Shown here one piece after another: positions 1 through 8,431 of a DNA stretch of 64,000 nt. This DNA is from a virus (Duplodnaviria; Heunggongvirae; Uroviricota; Caudoviricetes): IMG/VR virus record IMGVR_UViG_3300023371_000005, one strand, 5' to 3'. The position numbers were made by a program, and so were the translations under genes. The notes beneath the pieces were generated by a model that saw only the letters and a program-made list of their open reading frames with translations, did not search any database and was not told the DNA's origin. The number at the start of each line of letters is the position of its first letter. Within the stretch, counting starts at the first letter, position 1.

Positions 1-244
1 ACATATTTACCATTACCAATCATTACACAATCTGCGTCCTTTTTGGATAATAGCTTTTTACAGTAAGCACAAGTCACATTGTCTGAGGGGTCAATAATTT
101 CTACTTTCAGAGCTGGGTTCTTTGCTGCTTCACGAAGCATACAGGCGGCATGAGCATAACGACGAGCACCCACTAAGGCATACTCTTCCTTATCTCTATC
201 AAACTTAGCTTTACAATATGGACAGATGACAATATGCGCCACTA
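1..244 (-). CDS. Cys-rich zinc-ribbon protein; 3' end runs off the window start; probable GTG start after AAAGGAG
   Basis: Minus-strand ORF with two CxxC pairs (CPYCK...CAYCKK); no homolog recognised. Confidence 0.35.
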
Positions 245-276
245 TTATGCTCCTTTCTTTTCATTTCTTATATTAT

Positions 277-305
277 ATTATACCAAAAAATATAAAAAAA
301 ATCAA
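277..305 (-). promoter_or_regulatory. sigma-70-type promoter TTGATT-17-TATAAT (minus strand), serves the partial gene 1..244
   Basis: Plus strand carries 'attata' and 'aatcaa' spaced 17 nt apart; on the minus strand these read TATAAT and TTGATT. Confidence 0.6.
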
Positions 306-327
306 GTCGGAGCGGATCGCCCCGACT
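303..327 (-). terminator. rho-independent terminator for gene 339..1310
   Basis: Hairpin agtcgg-agcggatcgcc-ccgact followed by a T-run on the minus strand. Confidence 0.6.
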
Positions 328-338
328 TGACATAAATA

Positions 339-1310
339 TTACATCAGGTCAGCCTTAATATCGCTAACGATTAGGCTTACAAACTCAGCCTGCTCGGGAG
401 TGGTATCACTTACCTTCTTGCCCTTACCAAGATACTTCTCAACAACAGCAGTGATCTTGGGGCCATTGGTAGTGCCCTTGCTCATCAGCTGTCCAACCAG
501 ATCCTGGAACTCACCCATCAGAGCCTCATAATTATAAGAAACTTCAACGGGAGCAACAATGCGCTCATTGGTTACGAACTGACCAGCAGTTTCGACTGCT
601 TCCTTATCGATAGCTTCATTTAGAGCATCGATCAAGTTCTTATAGCTCATAGTAATCTCAACAGGCATATGCTTGAAGCGGCAGCCGCACTCAATAATAC
701 CAGAGCCATCACGCAGAGTTAGAACAGACATTTCACCGGCGGCCTTCTGATGAGCATAACCATAAATGTCAGCCATACCAGCGATAACGGTCTTGGTAGA
801 ATTGCTCAACTGAGGACGAATCTTGGTGGTCTTAGTACCATCAGGATTATCAATACTCTCCAGCTTTTCGTGTCCGATGAAGAACACAGCATAACCCAGT
901 TGAGTTAGTCCACGGAAGACTTCGTTGAATTCATCCTTGAACTTAGTCCAGCCCTTGCCGTAACCCATATCACCCAGGTCTTCGATGCCATTCTGATTGC
1001 AGATATACTTTTTACAACGATCAGCGGCAATATCGATAGTATCAACGATAACACAGTTATACATTTCCTTGACCTCAGGCATCTTCAACTGACGATAAAC
1101 CTGCTTCATTTCGGCCCAAGAAGTAATATCCTGTGCCATGATACCAGGCAGTGCGTGGTAACCAGGCTCGAAAGCCAGCAATAGAGGCTTATCCATCTGG
1201 GCGGCAAGAGTGGTCTTGCCGCACTTAGGAGCGCCATAAATATAAGTAATGTAACCACTTAGGTCACGAGAAACCTTGTGAGGCTTCAAAGCCAATAAAT
1301 CAATAGCCAT
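339..1310 (-). CDS. Sak4-like RecA-family ssDNA-annealing ATPase (AAA_24)
   Basis: P-loop YGAPKCGKTTLA plus Walker B; architecture typical of phage Sak4/AAA_24. Confidence 0.7.
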   Translation of the reverse strand: MAIDLLALKPHKVSRDLSGYITYIYGAPKCGKTTLAAQMDKPLLLAFEPGYHALPGIMAQDITSWAEMKQVYRQLKMPEVKEMYNCVIVDTIDIAADRCKKYICNQNGIEDLGDMGYGKGWTKFKDEFNEVFRGLTQLGYAVFFIGHEKLESIDNPDGTKTTKIRPQLSNSTKTVIAGMADIYGYAHQKAAGEMSVLTLRDGSGIIECGCRFKHMPVEITMSYKNLIDALNEAIDKEAVETAGQFVTNERIVAPVEVSYNYEALMGEFQDLVGQLMSKGTTNGPKITAVVEKYLGKGKKVSDTTPEQAEFVSLIVSDIKADLM

Positions 1311-1334
1311 ATTTTATGTCCTCCTCAGATTTGA

Positions 1335-2279
1335 TTAGAAATTGAAGCCACCAGCGGCAGGAGCAGCAGCGCCAGCCTTAGGAGCAGCGTTACGGGATGC
1401 CTTGTATTCATCCTGACGCTTCTTCATAGCAGCCAAATCAACTTCACGCTTCTGGATAGCCTCGTTCAGTTCAGCAACGGTGATAGAACCTTCATCGTCC
1501 CAAACATAAGGCTCCTTAGCAGCGCCAGTAATAACGAAGTCACGACGAGTGTTCTTTACCTCACGAACTTCATCTTCACCGAAGGCGGATTCAGTACGAA
1601 TCTGCTTTACAACAGTCTCAGAAACCTGGCGGCCCCAGACACAGGTGAAGACAGGATTCTTCTGAGAAGCTTCCAGACCCTCAAAGTATCTCATAGCATT
1701 GGGGTTGGTAGCACTGAATTCGATAGGCATCAAATCCTTACGGAAGTTGAAGATAGCACCCTTGACAACGCACTTTTCAGGCAAGCTCTTCTCTTCATCA
1801 GCGTCAACGTGAGTAACGCAGGTGATAATCATATCAGCCTTGAAAGTGTTACGGACCTTTTCGTCCTCGTCCAGAGCGTCAACCTTGTGAACGAAACCAC
1901 CCTCGTTACGCTTTGCAGAAACCAGCTCTTCCTTACCATTACGGTCAGTATAGAACTCATTCAAGCCCAGGGCAGAATCAACACGAAGCTTAACAGCCTT
2001 ATCGGCGCCATCCTTCATATAAGTACCAAAAGTACCATTGATGATATTAGAAAGAGTGGTGTAAGTGTCGTTAGGCTTACCAGAACCAAAAGTGGCAGTC
2101 ACATAAGTGAAGTGAACAGGAACAATGTTGGTCATGGCATCATCAGTTGCGATACTGATAGTACCGGTGATGAAGGGAGTGCCAGGATTCTTGGAAGTAT
2201 CACCAGAAACCTTGGCTTCCAAAGCGTGTTCGTACAATACACCCTCGATGTGAGTCTGATTAATCATAGTCTTTTTCAT
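1335..2279 (-). CDS. putative ssDNA-binding protein partnered with Sak4 (hypothetical)
   Basis: Sits next to Sak4; Ala/Gly-rich C-terminal tail ending GGFNF is reminiscent of SSB tails; call is weak. Confidence 0.3.
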   Translation of the reverse strand: MKKTMINQTHIEGVLYEHALEAKVSGDTSKNPGTPFITGTISIATDDAMTNIVPVHFTYVTATFGSGKPNDTYTTLSNIINGTFGTYMKDGADKAVKLRVDSALGLNEFYTDRNGKEELVSAKRNEGGFVHKVDALDEDEKVRNTFKADMIITCVTHVDADEEKSLPEKCVVKGAIFNFRKDLMPIEFSATNPNAMRYFEGLEASQKNPVFTCVWGRQVSETVVKQIRTESAFGEDEVREVKNTRRDFVITGAAKEPYVWDDEGSITVAELNEAIQKREVDLAAMKKRQDEYKASRNAAPKAGAAAPAAGGFNF

Positions 2280-2296
2280 AATTAAAATAAATCTCC

Positions 2297-2656
2297 TTAT
2301 TCAATAGTAATATTCTTTCCATTTTCAGTAATAGAATAGATTACTGGGTCTTGGCCGACTTTCTCGACAAAACCATCAGTGACTAGCTTTCGCATAGCAC
2401 CAGACACCGCACGAGAACTGATAAATAGTCCTTCGGCAATATCTCTTGCCTTCCACATAGGAGTCTCCTGGTGATTCTGTAAGAACTGAAGAATCAGCTT
2501 ACCATTATCAGTGAATAGAGGCTTTTCTCCATTTTCGTCCAAGCCACAGAATGCAGTCCAATACAGCTGTGCTTCCTCATTCATAGGAACAGGATCTGCC
2601 TTGGTTGCATCAATCAATTCATTTACATACTTAATAAATTCTTGCTTTTTACTCAT
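2297..2656 (-). CDS. winged-helix (MarR/TrmB-like) DNA-binding protein
   Basis: C-terminal wHTH-like segment SSRAVSGAMRKLVTDGFVEK. Confidence 0.35.
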   Translation of the reverse strand: MSKKQEFIKYVNELIDATKADPVPMNEEAQLYWTAFCGLDENGEKPLFTDNGKLILQFLQNHQETPMWKARDIAEGLFISSRAVSGAMRKLVTDGFVEKVGQDPVIYSITENGKNITIE

Positions 2657-2697
2657 AGTTATTTATAACTCACTTTCTTTATTTACCTTATGTATAT

Positions 2698-2726
2698 ATT
2701 ATAACAATTTTATTTAGAAAAATCAA
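2698..2726 (-). promoter_or_regulatory. promoter TTGATT-17-TATAAT (minus)
   Basis: Conserved motif copy upstream of 2297..2656. Confidence 0.6.
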
Positions 2727-3214
2727 CTAATTCTATCATATTGCCAGAATTGATAAGATAAATCATTATATGTTCGAATGTCGCTACAACAAGCTGGCGC
2801 CCATTCATCCGATTCATCTAGATTCGGGAAATATGTATCAACATTTTCGTGGTCTTTGTAAATCTTAGTTACATATACTCGGTCACAAAGAGGCAGTAGT
2901 TCTTTATATATTTGCCCTCCGCCAATAACGAAAGAATCAATGGGATGATATAACATCATATTAACTCCCTCTTTCCAATCGGCAAACCATCTGTCATGTA
3001 GAGAAGGATCGTTCTCTGGATTGCGAGTTAGAACAAGATGGAAGCGATTTGGTAAAGGGCCTGGAAGGCTCTCCCAGGTTTTACGACCCATAATAATCAT
3101 ATGGTCATCTGTGAGAGCCTTGAAGTATTTCATATCTTCGGGGATTCGTTCCAAAAGCTGGCCATTATAACCAATTCCCCAATTATTATCCACAGCAACG
3201 ATTGCGGAAATCAT
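2723..3214 (-). CDS. folA: dihydrofolate reductase
   Basis: MISAIVAVDNNWGIG...MGRKTWESLP matches the DHFR N-terminal and substrate-binding motifs. Confidence 0.85.
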   Translation of the reverse strand: MISAIVAVDNNWGIGYNGQLLERIPEDMKYFKALTDDHMIIMGRKTWESLPGPLPNRFHLVLTRNPENDPSLHDRWFADWKEGVNMMLYHPIDSFVIGGGQIYKELLPLCDRVYVTKIYKDHENVDTYFPNLDESDEWAPACCSDIRTYNDLSYQFWQYDRIS

Positions 3215-4071
3215 ATACCCAACTCCAATGTCAATTGAGGTTTGATAGGATTATATGCGAACATAGTAAAATCATCGATAGTAAATTCGTAGAAATTACT
3301 TGTGCGGTCAGTGTTCAAAAACAGACTTGGAGTAGGGGATTTTACTTGCGCTCCCTCTGGATAAAATTCATCATATCTGCGGAGCATTTCATAAGCAGCA
3401 TTGATGTGTCTGTCATAGATATGCTCATTAGCTACAATATGAGTGAAAACACCAGGAGTCAAACCAGTGTCGGCCGCAGTCATCATCAGCAAAGCCGCAT
3501 ACTGAATTTCGTTGATTCCTCCTGGACCAGAAGCAGTAAGCATATCGCCACTACGCTGAACCAGCATCATATCAAGGAAGCCATCACGCACATTCCAAAT
3601 GGTCATGAATGCACATGGAGCCAATCCAGGAGTCTCTCTCAGGTCAGTTTCTTGCCACAAAGAACAAATCTTGCGACGACCATATGGATCTTTCTTAATA
3701 GAATCCAAAACATTAGTTTTGAATAAATCATAACGGTCAATGGTTGCACCATAACGCTGTCCGATAGTACCATCACCAATATCCCACTCATCCCACCAAT
3801 TTACACCCATTTCATGCATTTTAGCAATATTATTGGTTGGTTTTTGATAAATAGTAAAGATTTCTCTAATACCAGTTTTCCAAGCCATGGGACGAAGAGT
3901 ACAAATAGGAAATTCACCCTTACTCAAATCATACTGTCTGAAAGTATGGTTTACAAAATAAGTGTGTGCGGGAGTGCCATCCGCATATTTTGGACGAGGA
4001 TTTACATCTTTTGTTCCCTCAGCCAAAATTCTTTTTATCATATCATACATATACTTATCTGCTTTTGTCAT
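3211..4071 (-). CDS. thyA: thymidylate synthase
   Basis: ThyA motifs QRYGA, CSLWQ, active-site APCAF, LVQRSGDM...GPGGINEIQYALL. Confidence 0.85.
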   Translation of the reverse strand: MTKADKYMYDMIKRILAEGTKDVNPRPKYADGTPAHTYFVNHTFRQYDLSKGEFPICTLRPMAWKTGIREIFTIYQKPTNNIAKMHEMGVNWWDEWDIGDGTIGQRYGATIDRYDLFKTNVLDSIKKDPYGRRKICSLWQETDLRETPGLAPCAFMTIWNVRDGFLDMMLVQRSGDMLTASGPGGINEIQYAALLMMTAADTGLTPGVFTHIVANEHIYDRHINAAYEMLRRYDEFYPEGAQVKSPTPSLFLNTDRTSNFYEFTIDDFTMFAYNPIKPQLTLELGI

Positions 4072-4074
4072 AAC

Positions 4075-4350
4075 TTAATCCTCATTTGTTAGAGAGTAGC
4101 CTACGATGGAGGCATCAATATACTGCTTGACAAATTCTTCCAGTTCATCAATCAGAACATCTTCTTCGGTCCATTCGCCATTAAATAATTCACTATAACT
4201 GATAAAATCAATTCCAGTGATTCCATAAGCATATGCTTTTTGGCGCATGGCAGAAGGATTGGAGCAAGCGATTGCGGCATTTTTCTCCTTAGCCAGGAGC
4301 ATCAATCTACCGGTCTTGCCAGAACTGCGACCATCAATAATTCTGTACAT
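4075..4350 (-). CDS. hypothetical protein
   Basis: ORF only; GRSSGKTG resembles a P-loop but is weak. Confidence 0.3.
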   Translation of the reverse strand: MYRIIDGRSSGKTGRLMLLAKEKNAAIACSNPSAMRQKAYAYGITGIDFISYSELFNGEWTEEDVLIDELEEFVKQYIDASIVGYSLTNED

Positions 4351-4361
4351 AAAAACTCTCC

Positions 4362-5321
4362 TTACTTTATACTATATCCAAATTCTTTTGCTTTGAAATA
4401 ATCCTGCCAGTAGTCTTCTCGTTCATCCAAGAGCGCACGAGTGCATTCTTCAATGACTTCAAAGGTGAAATTTTCTGGACCTGCCGCAATCATTGCAGGA
4501 TAAAGTTTATTGCGGGTTGGGGCATCTGCGCCGACGCCACGCTTGATATGTTGTTTCCAACGGTCTGCTAAGTTAGCAGCTTGACCAACATAACATTTTC
4601 CAGTTTCAATTTCAGTTATTTTATAAATGCCGGTATGGATTCCTCCGCCAATTACTCTGCCAATCAAATCAGTGGTTGGTTTTTCGTAATAACATTTCCA
4701 AATAACTTTATTCAAAGGCTCTTTATCTCTCAATAAATGTTCAATTGACCGCAAGGCTTTGATTTCCTCAACGTCAATATCATTTAGTTGAATACGATAA
4801 AAATCCTTTGCTGTTTTCATTTCTTCTGCTCTTTTGGCGGCCAGGACGGCGGCATCATTAATCGCACGCATAGCACTAACGTTATCAGCCATTTGGCGAT
4901 ATTGTTCCATAAAGTGTGCGACAGTTTCTTCATATTGTCTTTGAAATGCTTCAACATTTTCTTGATGCTCCTACGCTGCGCGAACTGCATCTTTCGCGAA
5001 GCAATCTTTCATAGCATCCATCTTAGACTTATATAGAGCATTTGCGGCCTCAGTAGCTTGTTCCTCAGCAACTTTTATTGTTGAACGCAAATTTTCAAGA
5101 CGGTCATTTTCACGACCTCTTTCAAGAACAAGTTTTGTGTGCTCTTGGTCCAAAATGGAATTTGATTCAATGAGTTGTTTATTTTCTAACTCAAGTTTTC
5201 TATTCTATTCAATAATTGAACTATTGATTTGAACAGTCTATCGTAATTTTGGTTTTAGAGTTAGATAAACAACTAATCCACTTATAATTGCCGCAAGTAG
5301 AAAAATAATTATATAACTCAT
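4362..5321 (-). CDS. GIY-YIG nuclease with N-terminal transmembrane helix and long coiled coil; three in-frame TAG codons (about 4971-4973, 5205-5207, 5238-5240)
   Basis: C-terminal GIYKITEIETGKCYVGQAANLADRWKQH is a GIY-YIG motif; the frame stays open from ATG 5321 through three TAGs into ORF 4362..4910 with no TAA or TGA; N-terminus MSYIIIFLLAAIISGLVVYLTL is hydrophobic. Confidence 0.6.
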
Positions 5322-5331
5322 ATCAAAAAAG

Positions 5332-5362
5332 AAGGCGTAAGATATATTTCAATCTTACGCCT
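5332..5362 (-). terminator. hairpin terminator after gene 5377..5652
   Basis: Inverted repeat aggcgtaagat...atcttacgcct. Confidence 0.5.
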
Positions 5363-5376
5363 GGTATATGTCAAAA

Positions 5377-5652
5377 TTACTCAGCAGCTTCAACAACGGC
5401 ATCGGGATCGAAAGCCATACCTGCGTCAGTCAGCTTCAGGAACTTGACAGGCTTGTGGGAGCCATCTTCCAGCTCAACTTCTGCGGGAATACGAACACCG
5501 TAGCCCTTTCTCTGAATAGCACTGGTGAAGATACCATCAACCTGACGCTTTTCCAGACCCAAAGCAGCAGCAACGTCAGCAGCAGTTACGTCAGCGCCAT
5601 TAATCTCCTTCATGTAATTTAGAACCTTCTTAGAATTATCGCTCATAGCCAT
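5377..5652 (-). CDS. hypothetical protein
   Basis: ORF with its own promoter and terminator. Confidence 0.4.
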   Translation of the reverse strand: MAMSDNSKKVLNYMKEINGADVTAADVAAALGLEKRQVDGIFTSAIQRKGYGVRIPAEVELEDGSHKPVKFLKLTDAGMAFDPDAVVEAAE

Positions 5653-5719
5653 AGTAAATAATCTCCTTTAATAAATAATATTTTTTAGTTAATTTTGTAA
5701 CCTGATTGGTTATGTAAAT

Positions 5720-5748
5720 ATTATATCAAAAAATTTTTGAAATGTCAA
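5720..5748 (-). promoter_or_regulatory. promoter TTGACA-17-TATAAT (minus)
   Basis: Plus strand attata ... tgtcaa with 17-nt spacer. Confidence 0.6.
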
Positions 5749-5756
5749 GAAATTTT

Positions 5757-5946
5757 TTAATTTTTTTCAAGCAATTCCATTACAAGTTCGTCAATAGCGA
5801 CCATATCTTCCAGACTGTGTACGCTACTTGAGATTCTCATAATTTCTTCTTCTGCCTGCTTGACAGCCTTAGGATCTTCATTCTTCATAATGATCCTCTC
5901 GCACTTAGCGATCTTGACCGCCAAGTTTTTCATTTCTTTTTTCTTC
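5757..5946 (-). CDS. small coiled-coil protein (start at internal ATG)
   Basis: ORF; the track start lies inside the -10 element, so the ATG at about 5946 is used. Confidence 0.35.
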
Positions 5947-5981
5947 ATTTGAAAATTTTCATCCTTAATCTTTACGATTTT

Positions 5982-6010
5982 ATTATACAAAAAATTTTTC
6001 GTTTTGTCAA
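5982..6010 (-). promoter_or_regulatory. promoter TTGACA-17-TATAAT (minus)
   Basis: Conserved spacing. Confidence 0.55.
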
Positions 6011-7999
6011 TTACACGATTCCAAATGTCTCAATGAAGTCGGTTTCTGACAAGATCGCAACCCCCAAAGACTTCGCAGCTTGATTCTTTGAAGAGGTCGA
6101 GTTCACATCATTATTGATAAGATAATTAGTATTCTTGCTAACAGAACCTGTTACCTTACCACCAAGAGCCTCAATTTTAGCTTTCAAAGCATCCCGATTC
6201 TTGAAATGAGTGAGCTTTCCAGTAATTACAAAGGTTTTTCCTGTTAAATCAACAGCACCTTCCGCAGTCTCCTCAACCTTTGCTTCTGGAGAATTAAATT
6301 GAATAAAATGGTCAGCAATATATTTTGCTTCGGAGTAATCAAAATCGATTAGATTACGATGCATCTCGCCTCCAAAACCGGAAAGCTGATAGAATGGATA
6401 CTTACTATCCACAGCCACTACAAAATCTTCCCAAGTCTTGAAATGCTTGACCAATTCCTTAGAAGCCGTTGAACCAATCAACGGAATACCAAGAGCCGCA
6501 ATGAACTGATGAAGTTCACAGTGAGAACCAGTACTAATGGCATTAAATACCTTCTCGACGGATTTGACACCAAATCCAGGTTTTTTAATCCATTCTTCTT
6601 TATGAGTAGCCAAATCAAAAATGTCGGAGCATTTACTTACCCAACCCCAATCAATCAATTTCTCTAGAGTGGCTTTAGAAATACCCTTCATATCAAGGCC
6701 CTTCTTACCACAGAAATGATCTAATCGGTTAATCAACTTACCAGGACATCCGGAATCAATACAAATCAACACAACGGAATCATTCACGCCCCAATGCTGA
6801 GTCATTCCGCCGCAAACAGGACACTCATGAGGAATAAGAATCTTATTCTCTTCATATAAGCCTTCCTTACTAGCAGAAGCAATCTGCGGAATAATCATAT
6901 TAGCCTTGAATACTTCAATCTCTTGATACTTATGCGGACCAAGAGGGGCAAAAATTCCTGCCATAACACTGATATTGTGTAAACTTGCTCTTTCTACGGT
7001 AGAACCATCAATATCGACTGGTTCAAAGATTGCGACGGGAGTCAAAACGCCTGTTCTACCCATCGTCCATTCGATATCCAAAAGCCTGGTAGTGTAGGTA
7101 TCATCATAGAACTTAAATGCCAACGCATTTTTGAAGTGATGTGTCGTTTCGCCAAGAGAACGTCCGTATGCACAGTCCGCAAATTTGAATACTACGCCAT
7201 CAATGGGATAAGAATGAATTTTTGCAGTATTTCTAATCGCATCAATTACGTGTTCAATGTTCACTTGATTAACTGCTTGACCTGTTAGTGGAACAAATGG
7301 GACAATTGTAAATCCAAAAGGACGAAGTAATTCAAGCTTTTGGTCTAACCGATATTCCACTCCATCTTCAAAGTAGATGGAAGAAATAACATCCCATACC
7401 ACAAATGTGAGCCTGCGGGCCGCACATTCCTTGGCATCTAATAGACGAATACTACCTGCAGCGAAATTTCTTGGGTTCCGATACTGATTACTGAACTCTT
7501 GGAAATCATCATATGTGCAAATAATTTCACCATCAATTACCAGTTCATCAGTATATGGGATTTTACGCGGAATAGAAGAAAGAACTCTTGCGTTATGTAA
7601 AATATCTTCACCAACTAATCCGTTGCCCCGAGTCTCCGCAGCAACTAATTCTCCATTACGGTAAGTAAGAGAACAAGTAAGACCATCCATCTTACACATT
7701 GCCAGGAATAATTTATTTCCGACAAAATCTAATACTTCCTTTGAAGATTTAGTTTTTTCTAAGGATAACATCTTATGATTATGTTCTGCTTTTGATAAAG
7801 CATTTACTACTTCATAAGTAATAACTTGAGTAGGAGAATTAGGAAGGACTAATCCAGTTTCTTCTTCTAATTGTTTCAACTCAAAATATTTATTATCCCA
7901 TTCTTCGTCTGTAATTATTGGATTTCCTTCATCATATTTTTTAGTAGCATCATTTAAGATAGCTACTAAATAATGAATTTTATCATAGATACTATCCAT
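6011..7999 (-). CDS. ligA: NAD-dependent DNA ligase
   Basis: Adenylation motif KMDGL (KxDG), Zn-finger CPVCGG, HhH region and C-terminal BRCT-like segment; 662 aa. Confidence 0.9.
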   Translation of the reverse strand: MDSIYDKIHYLVAILNDATKKYDEGNPIITDEEWDNKYFELKQLEEETGLVLPNSPTQVITYEVVNALSKAEHNHKMLSLEKTKSSKEVLDFVGNKLFLAMCKMDGLTCSLTYRNGELVAAETRGNGLVGEDILHNARVLSSIPRKIPYTDELVIDGEIICTYDDFQEFSNQYRNPRNFAAGSIRLLDAKECAARRLTFVVWDVISSIYFEDGVEYRLDQKLELLRPFGFTIVPFVPLTGQAVNQVNIEHVIDAIRNTAKIHSYPIDGVVFKFADCAYGRSLGETTHHFKNALAFKFYDDTYTTRLLDIEWTMGRTGVLTPVAIFEPVDIDGSTVERASLHNISVMAGIFAPLGPHKYQEIEVFKANMIIPQIASASKEGLYEENKILIPHECPVCGGMTQHWGVNDSVVLICIDSGCPGKLINRLDHFCGKKGLDMKGISKATLEKLIDWGWVSKCSDIFDLATHKEEWIKKPGFGVKSVEKVFNAISTGSHCELHQFIAALGIPLIGSTASKELVKHFKTWEDFVVAVDSKYPFYQLSGFGGEMHRNLIDFDYSEAKYIADHFIQFNSPEAKVEETAEGAVDLTGKTFVITGKLTHFKNRDALKAKIEALGGKVTGSVSKNTNYLINNDVNSTSSKNQAAKSLGVAILSETDFIETFGIV

Positions 8000-8024
8000 T
8001 ATTATTCTCCTTAATTACAAATAT

Positions 8025-8053
8025 ATTATATAAAAAATTTTTTCTTTTGTCAA
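8025..8053 (-). promoter_or_regulatory. promoter TTGACA-17-TATAAT (minus) for ligA
   Basis: Motif. Confidence 0.6.
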
Positions 8054-8059
8054 GTAAGT

Positions 8060-8431
8060 TTAGCCTATAAGCGTGGGTTCAAAATGCTCATAATCATGAT
8101 GTGGAATGGCTAAAATTTCACCAATTTTCAAAAAATTGAGTCTTGGTACAATATGCAATCCATCCATTTGCAATTCACTTGGAGCAACAATACTATTCAT
8201 TTTTACTCCTTTACTTTGACAGAGTAAATCAAAAGTATCTTCACTCATATAATAATCATAATTATGTGCATATTCATAATGGCGATTTAGAAAACCTTTT
8301 AGACTTTCTAAATTTACCACCTGAGATTGAACTCTGTCTTCATGATAAGAACTTACAAGCGCATCTTTATCATCTAGCTCGTCCCAACCAATAGAGTTGG
8401 GACGGCTATAATATTCACTCAAAATCATCAT
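8060..8431 (-). CDS. hypothetical protein
   Basis: ORF overlapping the gyrA stop by 4 nt. Confidence 0.35.
   Translation of the reverse strand: MMILSEYYSRPNSIGWDELDDKDALVSSYHEDRVQSQVVNLESLKGFLNRHYEYAHNYDYYMSEDTFDLLCQSKGVKMNSIVAPSELQMDGLHIVPRLNFLKIGEILAIPHHDYEHFEPTLIG

Noticed and set aside
339-1310. RecA/RadA call for the P-loop ATPase
   Set aside because: Lacks the RecA L1/L2 loop signatures; size and motif pattern fit the phage Sak4/AAA_24 family better.
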